Assembly (NCBI RefSeq): GCF_006345805.1
Contig: NC_042999.1
Span: 67,456,001-67,520,000 of the forward strand
DNA: 64,000 nt
Direction of reading: 5' to 3'
Source: Octopus sinensis
Taxonomy: Eukaryota
This document shows positions 25,694-39,049 of this stretch, in pieces. Numbering within the stretch: the first letter of the stretch is position 1; each line of letters begins with the position of its first letter. The notes under the pieces were generated by a model, which was given only the letters and a program-made list of their open reading frames with translations, had not been told where the DNA came from and ran no database searches. The position numbers and the translations under genes were made by a program.

Positions 25694-25902
25694 AAAGTTA
25701 AGTTTGTAAAAGTTTTTAATTTTCATCTCACTAAATTTATCCAGCTATTGTGTATCTAGTGCACTCTTCGCCTTGAATGTAATGATATATGTATAATATA
25801 TGGCGTGTACTGGTACACCGGCGATTATAATTAATTTTATTGTATCGCATTTATCTTTGTTTATATATATATATATCTATATATATATATACATGTATAT
25901 AC

Positions 25903-25984
<82 letters not shown>

Positions 25985-26346
25985 GATGGATTTCTTTCAG
26001 TTTTCGTCTACCAAATCCACTCACAAAGCTCTGGTCGGCCCGAGGCTATAGCAGAAAACATTACCTGGAACCATATGGTTTGAGAAGCAAGCTTCTTGCC
26101 ACACAGCCACTCCTGCGCCAGTATGTTAATATATATACATATATAGGAAGATAGACATATACATACAGTCATGCAGACAGGCGTGCGTATATAGTATTTC
26201 TTTATTATTATTAGAAATGGTTAAAGCAACTTATGGCCATCCCTGTATATATTGAGTTCCTTCTCGTTTGTTTGTTAAACTAAACCTATAGATAGACAGA
26301 CAGACACACACACAGATAGACAGACAGATAGATAAGTAGAGGGAGA

Positions 26347-26385
<39 letters not shown>

Positions 26386-26494
26386 ACTAAACGGACCGAT
26401 AAATAGATAGATGGATAGATGGATAGATGGATATATAGATAGGTAGGTAGGTAGGTAGGTAGGTAGGTAGGTAGGTAGGTAGGTAGGTAGATAA

Positions 26495-26544
<50 letters not shown>

Positions 26545-26597
26545 GGATGGATAAACTAAACCTACAGACAGACAAACAAATATGCATGAATATGAGA

Positions 26598-26643
<46 letters not shown>

Positions 26644-27324
26644 TGTCTGTGTGTGTGTGCGTGTGCATTGTGTATGCATTGACATACTATGATTGAATTA
26701 CACAGAAAGTGCTCTATACCTAACCCGCCGTCTGCTACCAAAGTGACTACCATCGACAAAACTACCACCACGTAATAACCGTCCCTTCACTCTAGGCCCC
26801 AGATGGCGCTACCATGCCATCCAGATTGGCCTATTATTATTAAAGAACATGTCGACTGATTATATTAATTTATTCAGAGATATCATTAACGACTGAAGCA
26901 ATTTTAATTAGAGCATACCTATTTAGAACACATGCGCTCCTACACACAAGCGTACACACTCTCACACAAATACATACACGCACACAAACATATAGACGTA
27001 CACGCACACATGTTCATAATCACAAAACACATACACACACTAACATATACTCGCGCACATTCAGACCCTATACTCCCACGAACGACACACATACACAAAC
27101 AACAAGGATACACATGCACAGACACGTACTTATACACACATATACACGCAGTTGTGCACACGCGTATACACACAACTCGCAGGCATATACACAACAAAGC
27201 ATTCACTCATTATACACCCACGAAAATATACACACAAGCAAAACAAGCACACATGCACACGTTGTTACGCATATTCAGGCGTAACGAACACAGAGGCATT
27301 TAAACATACATATACATACATGGC

Positions 27325-28942
27325 TCAGGCGTGGCTGTACAGTAAAATACTGGCTTCCCAACCACATGATTCCGAGTTCAAACTCAATGCGTGGCACCTT
27401 GGGCAAGTGTCTTCAATAGCCTTGGGCCAACCAAATCCTTGTGAGTGGATTTGGTAGACGGAAACTAAAAGAAGCCTGTCGTCCTTGGGGCTGGCCAGAT
27501 TGGAGCAATCTCAAGTATAATCAGCCGAAATTCCTAGGATAATCTGGTGCTTGACTGAGGAAAGAAAACTTCGAATGACCCGTCTTTGTTTTCTTTGTCT
27601 ATCTGGATGTTTTGTTGTCCCTTTTTTGTATCACCTAGCTGTCCAGATGTTTTGCGTTCTTGTCCCATTTAAATATATCTCTATATATATAAAACTGAGA
27701 ATGTGTGTGTGTCTGTCTGTCTGTCTGTTTCCCTAAAACTTGAGAACTACACAACCAATTTCATTCAAATTTTACACATGCCTTACTTAGGGTCCGGGGA
27801 GTGTCATCGGCAAAAATATTTTAACTTCTTGCCTAGGGCGAGCCCACAGCAATATCATATCTTCTCCACTACGATTCCCTAAAACTTGAGAACTACACAA
27901 CCAATTTCATTCAAATTTTACACATGCCTTACATAGAGTCCATGTAGTTTCTTGGGCAAAAAAAATGTTCAACTTTTTGCCTAGAGCGAGCCCATATCAA
28001 TATCATATCTTCTCCACAATTTCAGTATTACGTGTTAAAAGTGAAACAAAAACATTCTCTATTTTATGTCAGATGCTTTCACTTTAACAATAAAAATAAT
28101 AATAACAATTGAATTATATGTAGTAAGTAATAATTAAAATCAAACTAAAGTATAATATAATCGTATCATAACAAAAGTAAAAATAGCAATTGGTATAAAA
28201 TTGCATCAATGACTTAAACTTGAATAAGTGGTTTCACATGAATGGGAATAAATTAAAAATAAAATAAGCGTGCAGAAATGGAATAGTCCAGATAGATAAT
28301 AAAAAAATTAAATTAAAGAAAAGACTATTGTCTATAAAGTATACAATGTAGAGAAAAAAGAAGATTTGAACACATGGAGGAAAGCACCTTCGGAAAGTGT
28401 CTTGGTGCGACTATGAAAGATATCTAATCAGAGGTGGTAAATTCGCCACAATAGAAGCAAGGTTTGAGTCAACGGAGCATGCAAGGGAGTACTCGACTCG
28501 AACTTGCAAAGTGGAAATATTTTATTTTTACCTTTATATCTGGGACGTAGGACGTCCTGGAAAAAAATTTTAAATGGCCCCACCCCCCAGAAGTAGAGAT
28601 AGGCTGGATTGTAGCCACACTTCTATACAAGAGGGAGGACAAGATACAATTGATCGAAATTACAAGAGACAGGCTAACAATTCCAGTCTGTTATATATTT
28701 TGAGTATTGTTATCACTAGCGATATCAAGATATAACTTTGTATTTTGTATTTTATGTGTAGATGTATATATATAGATGTACATGTAATATGTACACATAT
28801 ACATACACATATATACATACACTAGCACTATGACCCGGCAACGACGGGTCTTTAATGCTAGTATATATATATATAAATATATCATATATATATATGAATG
28901 ACAATTCGCTTACCACTTGTGATGGTATTTTAATAATACCAT

Positions 28943-28976
<34 letters not shown>

Positions 28977-29275
28977 CTATATTTTCATAATCTCGAGGTC
29001 TCGTTCTTTTGTTGTCATTTTATTATTATTAATTAATAAATATATGCGTGTGTGTGCGTGTATATATATATATCTATATGTATCTGATTTTCCCCCCTCA
29101 TCACCGCTTGACAACCGGTCTTGGTGTCTTTACATCCCCGTACCTTAGCGGTTCGGTAAAATACGCGGATAGAATAAGTACTAGGCTTTAAAAAAAATAA
29201 ATAAGCCCTGGAGTGGAATTGTTCGACTAAAACTTCGCATGGCCGCGATGAAATGACTGAAGCAAATAGAAGAAT
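27325..29275 (+). mobile_element. SINE family B split (head 27325-27485, tail about 29085-29275) by nested insertions
   Basis: The head ends at AAGAAGCCTGTCGT and the tail resumes at TCACCGCTTGACAACCGG. Confidence 0.65.
27678..28861 (+). mobile_element. Complete non-autonomous Helitron
   Basis: A|TC 5' end (27678), GACCCG-GCAACGA-CGGGTC hairpin (28832-28850) and CTAG|T 3' end (28858-28861). A 60-bp internal duplication lies at about 27728 and 27876. Confidence 0.8.
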
Positions 29276-29849
29276 AGAAAAATACCCACTCGCACACTTG
29301 CACACACATACACATATACACACACGCACACGCGCACGCACACATGCGTGCGCGTGTGCGCATGCATGCAAAGGACGCACGTGCACGGTCGCATACTAGG
29401 AGAGACAGGCATTCATTCGCAGGCGCACTCACATGCGTAGATTCATGCAGAAAAGCACTGACGCAAAGCAAATACATAAAGTGTCTATTGCATACCTGTT
29501 CACACACACACATGCATTCATTCACGCACCAAACTTCAACAAACACACAATATATACACGCTCATGCAGAGATCCGCCCATGAACAAAAAAACGTGGACA
29601 CACACACACATACAAACTGACACATGCACACAACAATATAACCACATATACACACAAGCAAACGCACTACTATTCAATACTGTTTACCCTCTGCCCATCC
29701 GTGAAAGAAGGTTTTACAAAACCTATGTGTGCGGAATCTAATGTATAGTTCACGGTGTATACAATCCAAGGTAATGAATAAATATTATATAAAATATTGT
29801 AAAATGGTATAAAAAAAAACGGATGGGTTAAAATATATTTAAAGGACAA

Positions 29850-29959
29850 AGAAAGTTTATACGACAGCCAGAAATGCGTGTGTTTGTGTATATAAATATA
29901 TGCAAGTATGTGTGTGTATATATGTATACATATATGTATGTATGTGTATGTATGCATGA

Positions 29960-29996
<37 letters not shown>

Positions 29997-30388
29997 GTGT
30001 TATATATATATATATATGTATATGTATATAGATATATATATATGATGTATATATAAATATATATGTAGAATATAATATATATGTTATATATATATATATG
30101 TATATGTATATATATATAATATATATATATGTATATGTATAATATATGTATATATATATGTATATGTAAGTATATATATATGATATATGTATATGTATAT
30201 ATATATAATATATGTATATGTATATATATGTATATATGTATATATATATATATGTATGCATATGTAATATACATCTTTACACACACACATAGGTATGTAT
30301 GAATATATATAATATATATATATATATATATAGATTATATATATATATATATATAAAATTAATGAATATAGATGTATATATATGCATC

Positions 30389-30430
<42 letters not shown>
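29850..30430. repeat. (TA)n/(TATG)n microsatellite field
   Basis: Seen directly. Confidence 0.9.
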
Positions 30431-30434
<4 letters not shown>

Positions 30435-30476
30435 AAAACAAGTCAGGATAGAAAATGTAAATAATTTTTAAAGAAA

Positions 30477-30519
30477 GTTCAGTACCGGTTTCAGTCATTT
30501 AGACCTTTTCAACTGTAAC
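30477..30519 (-). ncRNA. Minimal type I hammerhead, U3-A8 core variant
   Basis: GUUACAG-UUGAAAA-GGUC UAAAU GACU-GAAA-CCGG-UA-CUGAAC. Palindromic helix III ACCGGU and GUA triplet. Confidence 0.7.
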
Positions 30520-30617
30520 AATTAAATAATTAAATTTAGAAAAATTAAAAGAAAAGTTTTTTTAAAAGAATATTTGTATAGTGTTCAAATATAAGTGGAT
30601 TTTCCTTATTTCTGTCT

Positions 30618-30655
<38 letters not shown>

Positions 30656-30909
30656 GTGTGTATGTACATATCGTATACATAAAAATATATGTATACATAT
30701 GTGTATATATGTTTTTGGTACATACATACATGCATATGGAAATGAGGTGCACATAAATACCTATATAAACACACAGGTAGTTATTTCTTCTAGCAGGTAT
30801 AGACAGGTAAATTGAAAGGTAAATAGACAGGGTATTCATAATTTACCGAATATATTCGTCATTTACCGAATGATCTACATCGACATTAGAGTTTCGAATC
30901 AAATTGGTT

Positions 30910-31785
30910 TAAATTTGGACACAAGACCAGCAATTTTGGAAGCGAGGAGAGTAAGTCAATTATATGAACGCATAGGGTTCAATATCGAGCTCAGAAGGGA
31001 TGAGAGGCAAAGTTGACCTCGGTAGAATTTGAACTCAGAACACAAAGACTGGTGAAAAGCCGCTGAGTATTTTGCCCGTCGTGCTTACGATTCTGACTCT
31101 CGACGGCTCAGCTCCCCGACTTATGGGTTGAAATGTATGTTGATAAACTTCTTAAATCATTGTTCTTTTTTTTATTATTTTTTACTTTCCTATAATTTCT
31201 CTAGAGCACCGCGACGCGTAATCACGGAGGTGTGAGTTCGAGTCTCATAGCCGGCCGCCAACACTTTTTTCTGCAATATAGGGGTAGCTTATCCTGGTCA
31301 GGCTATATTATTAGCAGTATCCTGCATTTGAGAATTTAAAATCACTTTTTTAAACTTTATATTTCTATTTATTCCTTTATTGCCCTCAGGGGTCTAAGCA
31401 TAGAGGGGACAAACAAAGACACACAAAGGATTGAGTCGATTACATCGACTCCAGAGCGTAACTGGTACTTATTTAATCGGCCCCAAAAGGGTGAAAGGCA
31501 AAGTCAACCGCGGCGGAATTTGAACTCAGAACATAGCGGCAGACGAAACACCTATTTCTTTACTACCCATAAGGGGCTAAACAGAGAGAGGACAAACAAA
31601 GACAGACAAACGGATTAAGTCGATTATATCGACTCCAGTGCGTAACTGGTACTTATTTAATCAACCCCGAAAGGATGAAAGGCAAAGTCGACCTCGGCGG
31701 AATTTGAACTCAGAACGTAACGGCAGGCGAAATACGACTACGCATTTCGCCCGGCGTGCTAACGATTCTGCCAGCTCGCCGCCTT
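30910..31785 (-). mobile_element. SINE family A copies (30910-31095; dimer 31370-31785)
   Basis: Match the other family A copies. Confidence 0.75.
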
Positions 31786-32467
31786 TATACCCTCAGGTCC
31801 TTTTAATACTCTCAGTTCTATCTTCAACTCTGCCCCCACTCCATCACTACCACCGCCATTTAACACCCTTTACTGATCAATAAAACACGTGTTACTAACA
31901 TTTTCTATTGATACGATCGATCTACAATTACGAACGTCTACAGGTAAATATAGCAATGTATTTCTTGAAATCAATAATGATAACAGGTGTGTGTATCTGT
32001 ATACAAGTGAATAAGTTATCAGATACACGAATTAGAATAGACTTAATTATACTTCGTTGATTTCTTTTAATCTTATTTTCGGATTTTATATCTTTCTAAC
32101 TATTATTATTATTATATAGAATTTACCTTCTTTCTTCAAATTTATTCCATTTCTCGCCGAGTGTTTTCCGTACACCTAGGGCAGAGAAGCTCATTGAATG
32201 CATTCCCAGATTACACACGCAAATTCACAGGTAAAATATGTATTTAAAAAATTAATAAATACATAAATTCATGAATGGATGTTGTTTTCACAACAATAAT
32301 ACTCTTCTCAGTACATGAGTCGTTCCAGTTAACACGATTTTTTGCACTTCCTCTAGGGATGGTAAGCCTGGTATCATTTTCAAATAGGTTTCAGTACCTT
32401 TTTCTATCATTCCTAGAGATCCTACAATCACTGGTACTGTAGTCGCCTTTGAGATGCCACATGTTTT

Positions 32468-32567
32468 NNNNNNNNNNNNNNNNNNNNNNNNNNNNNNNNN
32501 NNNNNNNNNNNNNNNNNNNNNNNNNNNNNNNNNNNNNNNNNNNNNNNNNNNNNNNNNNNNNNNNNNN
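32468..32567. other. Assembly gap (100 N)
   Basis: A run of exactly 100 N, probably a placeholder length. Confidence 0.99.
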
Positions 32568-32641
32568 TATGTGTGTGTGTGTGTCTATTTACACATACAG
32601 TATATGTATATATGTGTGTCTATATAGGTCCATAATATATA

Positions 32642-32676
<35 letters not shown>

Positions 32677-32703
32677 AGATATATATATAGTATATTATAT
32701 AGA

Positions 32704-32752
32704 AGAGCTTCTACAAGGACTAGAACTGTTTCTTCAGAGAAATCATCAGGAA

Positions 32753-32756
<4 letters not shown>
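32704..32756 (-). ncRNA. Type I hammerhead motif with weak helix II
   Basis: AGAGUUC-CUGAUGA-UUUCUCUGAA-GAAA-CAG UUCUAGUCC UUG-UA-GAAGCUCU. Helix I is 7 bp with one bulge. GUA triplet. Confidence 0.65.
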
Positions 32757-32802
<46 letters not shown>

Positions 32803-32923
32803 TCATACACTCTAAACAAGATGTATATATATATATAAGTACATATACACACTCACACATACAAACATGTATATGATGGTAATGTAGGTAAATATATATG
32901 TACATATATATGTATCTATAATG

Positions 32924-32956
<33 letters not shown>

Positions 32957-33031
32957 GTAGTGTATCATTATATATATGTAGTATGTATGTATGTATGTGT
33001 ATATATATATATCATGCATGTATGTTGTGTG

Positions 33032-33062
<31 letters not shown>

Positions 33063-33170
33063 ATGTATATATCTATATGCATGTATGTATGTATGTATGT
33101 CTGTATGTATGTGTGTATATATATATCTATATTGTGTGATGTATGTATGTATTTTATGTTGTGTAATTTA

Positions 33171-33201
<31 letters not shown>

Positions 33202-33411
33202 TGTATGTATGTATGTATGTATGTATGTGTATATATATATGCATGTATGTAGTGTGTGTATATATATATATCTATATAATATTGTATGTGTATATATATC
33301 TATATATATATATAAATATATAATTATGTTGATGTATAAATGTATAATCAGTAGAAATACAAACTCATCACAAATACAAGGCATATTCGATGCGTGTGTG
33401 TCTGTGTGTGT

Positions 33412-33444
<33 letters not shown>

Positions 33445-33462
33445 TGTGTGTGTATACATACA

Positions 33463-33494
<32 letters not shown>

Positions 33495-33515
33495 AAAAGA
33501 CAACACCACACACGC

Positions 33516-33546
<31 letters not shown>

Positions 33547-33789
33547 CAGAAGCAACTTAAAAAACGTAACAAGAACAGAATAAAGAATAAAAATATAAAA
33601 GAAAAAAGAAAAAGAAACAAAAGGTTACAGTTCGATATATTAAGGATTTTATGCCGTTGATGTTCCATTTTACACATCGTAGATAGCTCAGAGTGGTAGA
33701 ATGATCAATGTTATTCCTAAGATTTACTTCTCTGAAAAACAGGTAAATAGATAAATATACGCATGTGTAATATATATATATGTGTGTGT

Positions 33790-33866
<77 letters not shown>

Positions 33867-34148
33867 AATAAAAAATAAAGAAACCACTCCGATTACAAAA
33901 CATTTGTTAATGTGGAATCGATTGTACAAACATGATCTTATGTTCGCTGTGTTTGTATTTATCTATGTCGCCGTATATCTACCTACAGACACACGCAGAC
34001 GTACAATCGTAGCGCGCATGCACACGTGCGCATGCGTGTATGTATGTGTGCGCGTGTTTGTGCGTAGCGTGCGTGCGTGAATGTGTGTGTGTGCCTGTGT
34101 ATACATGTGTGTATATGCATAGATGTATGTATATATATATACATATAT

Positions 34149-34239
<91 letters not shown>

Positions 34240-34498
34240 TAGATATACTTATATACATATATGGGCATATGTTATATTTCTTTACACATACATGTATATA
34301 CATATACACACACACATAAATTCAGAAGTGTATATGCATGCATACACACCTATATATAATCAAATATAAGGAACATGCATATCTACACGCACATGGTATG
34401 TATCTATCCATCTCGATATATACATACATACATAAAACGTACTTACAATGCATATATATGTATACATACATATATACATACATACATTCATACATACA

Positions 34499-34532
<34 letters not shown>

Positions 34533-34925
34533 CATACATATATACATTCATACACTCATACATACATACATACATACATACATACATACATACACACATA
34601 CATACATACATACATGCATACATGCATACATATATTCACACATACATACATTCATACATACATACATACATACATGCATACATACATGCATACATGCATA
34701 CATACATACATACATACATACATACATACATACATACATACATTCATCCACTCATACATACATGCTTACTTACATACACACATGCATACATACATACATA
34801 CATACATACACACACACATACATACATACATGCATACATGCATACATACATTCACACATACCTAGATTCATACATACATAGATACATACATACATAGATT
34901 CATCCACTCATACATACATACTTAC

Positions 34926-34956
<31 letters not shown>

Positions 34957-35094
34957 CATACACACATACATACATACATACATACATACATACATACATA
35001 CATACATACATACATACATACATACATACACAGACACATACACACCACATATACTTCTCCATCGCATGTTAAGCTTCAATATTTGAAGTACTTT

Positions 35095-35340
35095 CGCTCT
35101 TTGTGAGAAACACACTTAAATTTAAGCCGCAAAAACCACAGGAGCATACCACAAGGGGGAAATCAAATAAAAAAAATGGCCTCTCATGGTCACCTGCTGT
35201 TATCCTTACTAAATGAACAGGCTGTTGATCCCGTGACGTCATCACGTGTGAACGCCACAGATGCAATGTCCTCTACCCAAAGTTGCTTTTCTTGCTGACC
35301 AAAGTGGCAGCTACGCGTGATTTTTTTTCTTTTTTATAAA
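35095..35340. promoter_or_regulatory. Candidate cis-regulatory module upstream of Gfi1
   Basis: Unique island containing TGTGAGAA (35102), ACCACA x2 (35135, 35148), CACCTGC (35191), TGACGTCA (35234), CACGTG (35243), CAGATG (35258) and GTGATTT (35317). Confidence 0.35.
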
Positions 35341-35880
35341 CGTGTCTCTTTATTATCTCAGGCTCTGTGTTGACCGCTTTTACTCTTTTTTTTTTTCACC
35401 TTTTTTCCGATTCTACACCTTTCTACCACTTTACTATACCTTTTAAGCACTTCTTCTTTGTCTTCTTCTTCTTCTTCTTCTTCTTCTTCTTCTTCTCTTC
35501 TTCTTCATCTCTTCTTCTTCTTCTTCTTCTTCTTCTTCTTCTCCTCCTCCTCCTCCTCCTCCTCTTCTTCTTCTTCTTCTTCTTCTTCTTCTTCTTCTTC
35601 TTCTTTGTCTTCTTCTTTGTCTTCTTCTTCTTCTTCTTCTTCTTCTTCTTCTATTTTTGCTGCTCTTTACTCTTCACCTCTCTATTTTGTGTATACAAAC
35701 ACTCTGATATACAGAAAAACACACTCATATACAATCGCACACTCACACACATACATGTGTGTGTATGTATGTGTGTATGCGTGCGTGTATGTAAATTTTC
35801 TTGTATACAAGCACACATATACATACATACATACATACATACATACATACATACACATATACATACATACATACATACAT

Positions 35881-35920
<40 letters not shown>

Positions 35921-35985
35921 ACATACATACATACATACATACATACATACATACACACACATACATAAATACATACATACATACA

Positions 35986-36017
<32 letters not shown>

Positions 36018-36254
36018 CACACTTACATATATATACTTACATACATACATCCATACATACATATGAATATATTGGCAAATGTACATATATATACATATAA
36101 TGCACACACAAACAAACACATCCATTCGCGCATATATATATATATATATATATACGCATACACACACGCATATATATACATATACATATACGGTATAATA
36201 TATATATATAGATGTATGTATATATATGTGTGTGTGTGTATGTATGTATGTATG

Positions 36255-36361
<107 letters not shown>

Positions 36362-37249
36362 CATATATATATCACCATGCACACAAATACACACACTAAG
36401 ACACATCACAACACATAATAAGCACTTAATAAGCACAGATATCTGCTGAGAATTATTGCAGCAAAAACAAAAGTAACAAACAAAAAAAGAAACGATTTCT
36501 TTAGTCCTTTATTTCCGTACAAGAAAACATTCATAAAGGACCCATCTCTTACAAGGTCTTCTTTTGTTTACTTATTAAATGTGGTCCCTTACCTCTCTTG
36601 CTCCATCCCTCCATCCCTCCATCCATCCATCCATCCCTCCATCCTAGGTCTCTCTCTTTATTTATTGTTTAGTTGTTTACCAGATCGAATCTAATCTTCC
36701 ACATCCGAAATCAATAGCCATTAGTTACGCGACAAAAAGACGATATCAAGCACAACCACAGCATAACAAAACCAACAACAACAACAACTAACGCAAACCT
36801 AAGCTGAAAAACGACAACCACAGCCTCAGTAACGACAAGAGCAACAACCGCAAGTACAACTGTAACGAAATTAAAATATTAACTCACAATAACAGGACGA
36901 CAATAATACTTCCTATACAGCGAACGAAATCAATCTGATGAGAATTACAATAACAAAGACATGAAAAGCAAGAGTAACAAACAATAATGACGAAAACAAC
37001 AGCAGCAACTACAACAATTCTAACAGTAACAATAATGATGACAACAACAACAGCTACAACAAAGGGACAACAATTATGTTGACAATAACATTATCGAGAA
37101 AACGGATATAAAATCCGTGTTAGATAAGTTTATGCAGAAGAATCAATGTTTGATACAATACGGAGCTAAAGGGAAAACATAATTAGATATAAAGATAGAT
37201 AGACTGATTGATAGATTGATAGATTGATAGATTGATAGATAGATAGATT

Positions 37250-37438
<189 letters not shown>

Positions 37439-37477
37439 GACGGATAGACAGACTTTATATGTGTATACACACACATG

Positions 37478-37523
<46 letters not shown>

Positions 37524-38109
37524 CGTGCGTGTGTGTGTATAGCGTAGTTAAGAAGTTTACTTTGTGGTCACATGCGCGGCACCTTGGGTACCATCTGCTA
37601 CAGTCCTGGCCCAACCAAAAGCCTTGTGAGTGAACTTGGTAGATGGCAACTGAATCTTCCAGAAAACTACGTTGAGAGTACACGTGTCTGTGGAGTTCTC
37701 AACCGCCTTGCACGTTAATTTCACTAGCAGGCTGTACCGTTGATCGGATCAACTGGAACCCTCGTCGTCGTCGTAACCAACGGAGTTCCAGAAAAATAAA
37801 ATATGCCTGTATATTTGAGACCGTGTCTTTACGTTTGTTCGCACTCTACAAAATTTCGTTCAAAACTTTGGTAGATTAGCAAAATTGTATACATCTTTAG
37901 AATCATCAGCATATGGAAAATTCGAGACACTTGCGTGGCCGTCATTTGGAGATTTTTTAAAGGTCGCTATAAAATTTTCTATTTTGCACCATCTTGGCTT
38001 CTAGTCAATCATAAAACTTCATTAAATAAATTCTATATTTACTGGCTCATCTTTTCCAAAATAGAAGAAAATAATTGCTCAAGGTTAAAGAACAGGATAA
38101 ACAAAAGTA

Positions 38110-38290
38110 ATTGAAAACTATTGCCTTGATATTTCGCCTGTCTTTATGTTCTGAGTTGAAAACTCAGCCGAGGTCGACTTTACCTTTTATCTTTTCGGGG
38201 TCGATAAAAAAAGCTTTTTGAGATCGATAAAATAAGTACCAGTTGAGCACTGGAGGCCCTCCAAACTTGCTAACCTTGTACCAAAATTTA
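38110..38290 (+). mobile_element. SINE family A, partial
   Basis: Central GAGGTCGACTTTACCTTTTATCTTTTCGGGGTCGATAAAA motif. Confidence 0.65.
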
Positions 38291-39049
38291 AAAGCAATAT
38301 TTATGATAGTTTCATTACACAATACATGTTGCAAACCCCTTGAAGTTGTGGATAGGGGCTTATAAAGCAAGAAAGCAGTCTTAGGATGTAATACTCTTTT
38401 TGCGATCATTTTTCTTCTAAGTGTCATTATCAGCATTACAGACTGCATCATTTTCGCATTCACTTCCTCACAAAGGTCTATGCAAGTCGAGTTGTGTTTT
38501 GTTATCATATCCAGGCACACTTGAGCGGGTTAAATATGAATTTACATGAATATCTTTTTATTCAACGCTTCTTCGTGCAACATTATTTATATAATTCTTT
38601 CAGCACATCAGCAAACATTCCGTATGCTGCTTTGGGGAGAATAATTTCGTTCTTATACGGGTTGTGTATGTCAGATTTGGTTTTCGTAGTTGACGAAGCA
38701 GAAGGACGCAGAAATACATGCACACTTTACCCAATTACGTCATTCATAGCCCCAAAATGTGCTTTCACACATGTCTAGGTGACGAATTGCTTTTGCTTTT
38801 TTGTTTTTTGTCTTTTTCGGGTGAGTCACTTCAGCGAATGTCTTATCATGTCCGAATTACACTCGGTAGAAGTTGTTTCTGGCATGTGTATACTATAGAG
38901 ATCACTTCCTAAACACAAGGAGCTTAGTTAAAGGCACAGCGTGTCATTTGCAATGAGATCGCTTCCCTACAGTGCTTTAACTTTAAGTACCAAATCTTCC
39001 TCAGAATGTCTCTTCAAGTGATTAGGAATCAAACGAAATTGGAGATGTT

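Larger units (their letters stand above)
25140..25863 (+). mobile_element. Retrozyme-like head-to-tail 1.8-mer (403-nt period) with two hammerheads
   Basis: 25140-25460 matches 25543-25863 with three differences seen. An 82-bp spacer separates them and (TA)n lies on both sides. Confidence 0.8.
24165..26120 (-). mobile_element. SINE family B split in two (tail 24165-24350, head 25985-26120) by an expanded internal microsatellite and an HHR element
   Basis: The halves are colinear with the intact copy at 57965-58365. Confidence 0.7.

Noticed and set aside
31201-31270. tRNA-Thr(CGT)-like sequence with T-loop GTTCGAGTC and a T-run
   Set aside because: The 5' acceptor strand and D arm are missing. 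More likely a SINE head or tRNA pseudogene fragment than a tRNA gene.
37800-37960. YADDSK motif on the minus strand
   Set aside because: Probably a very old LINE RT scrap, but too short and decayed to delimit as a feature.
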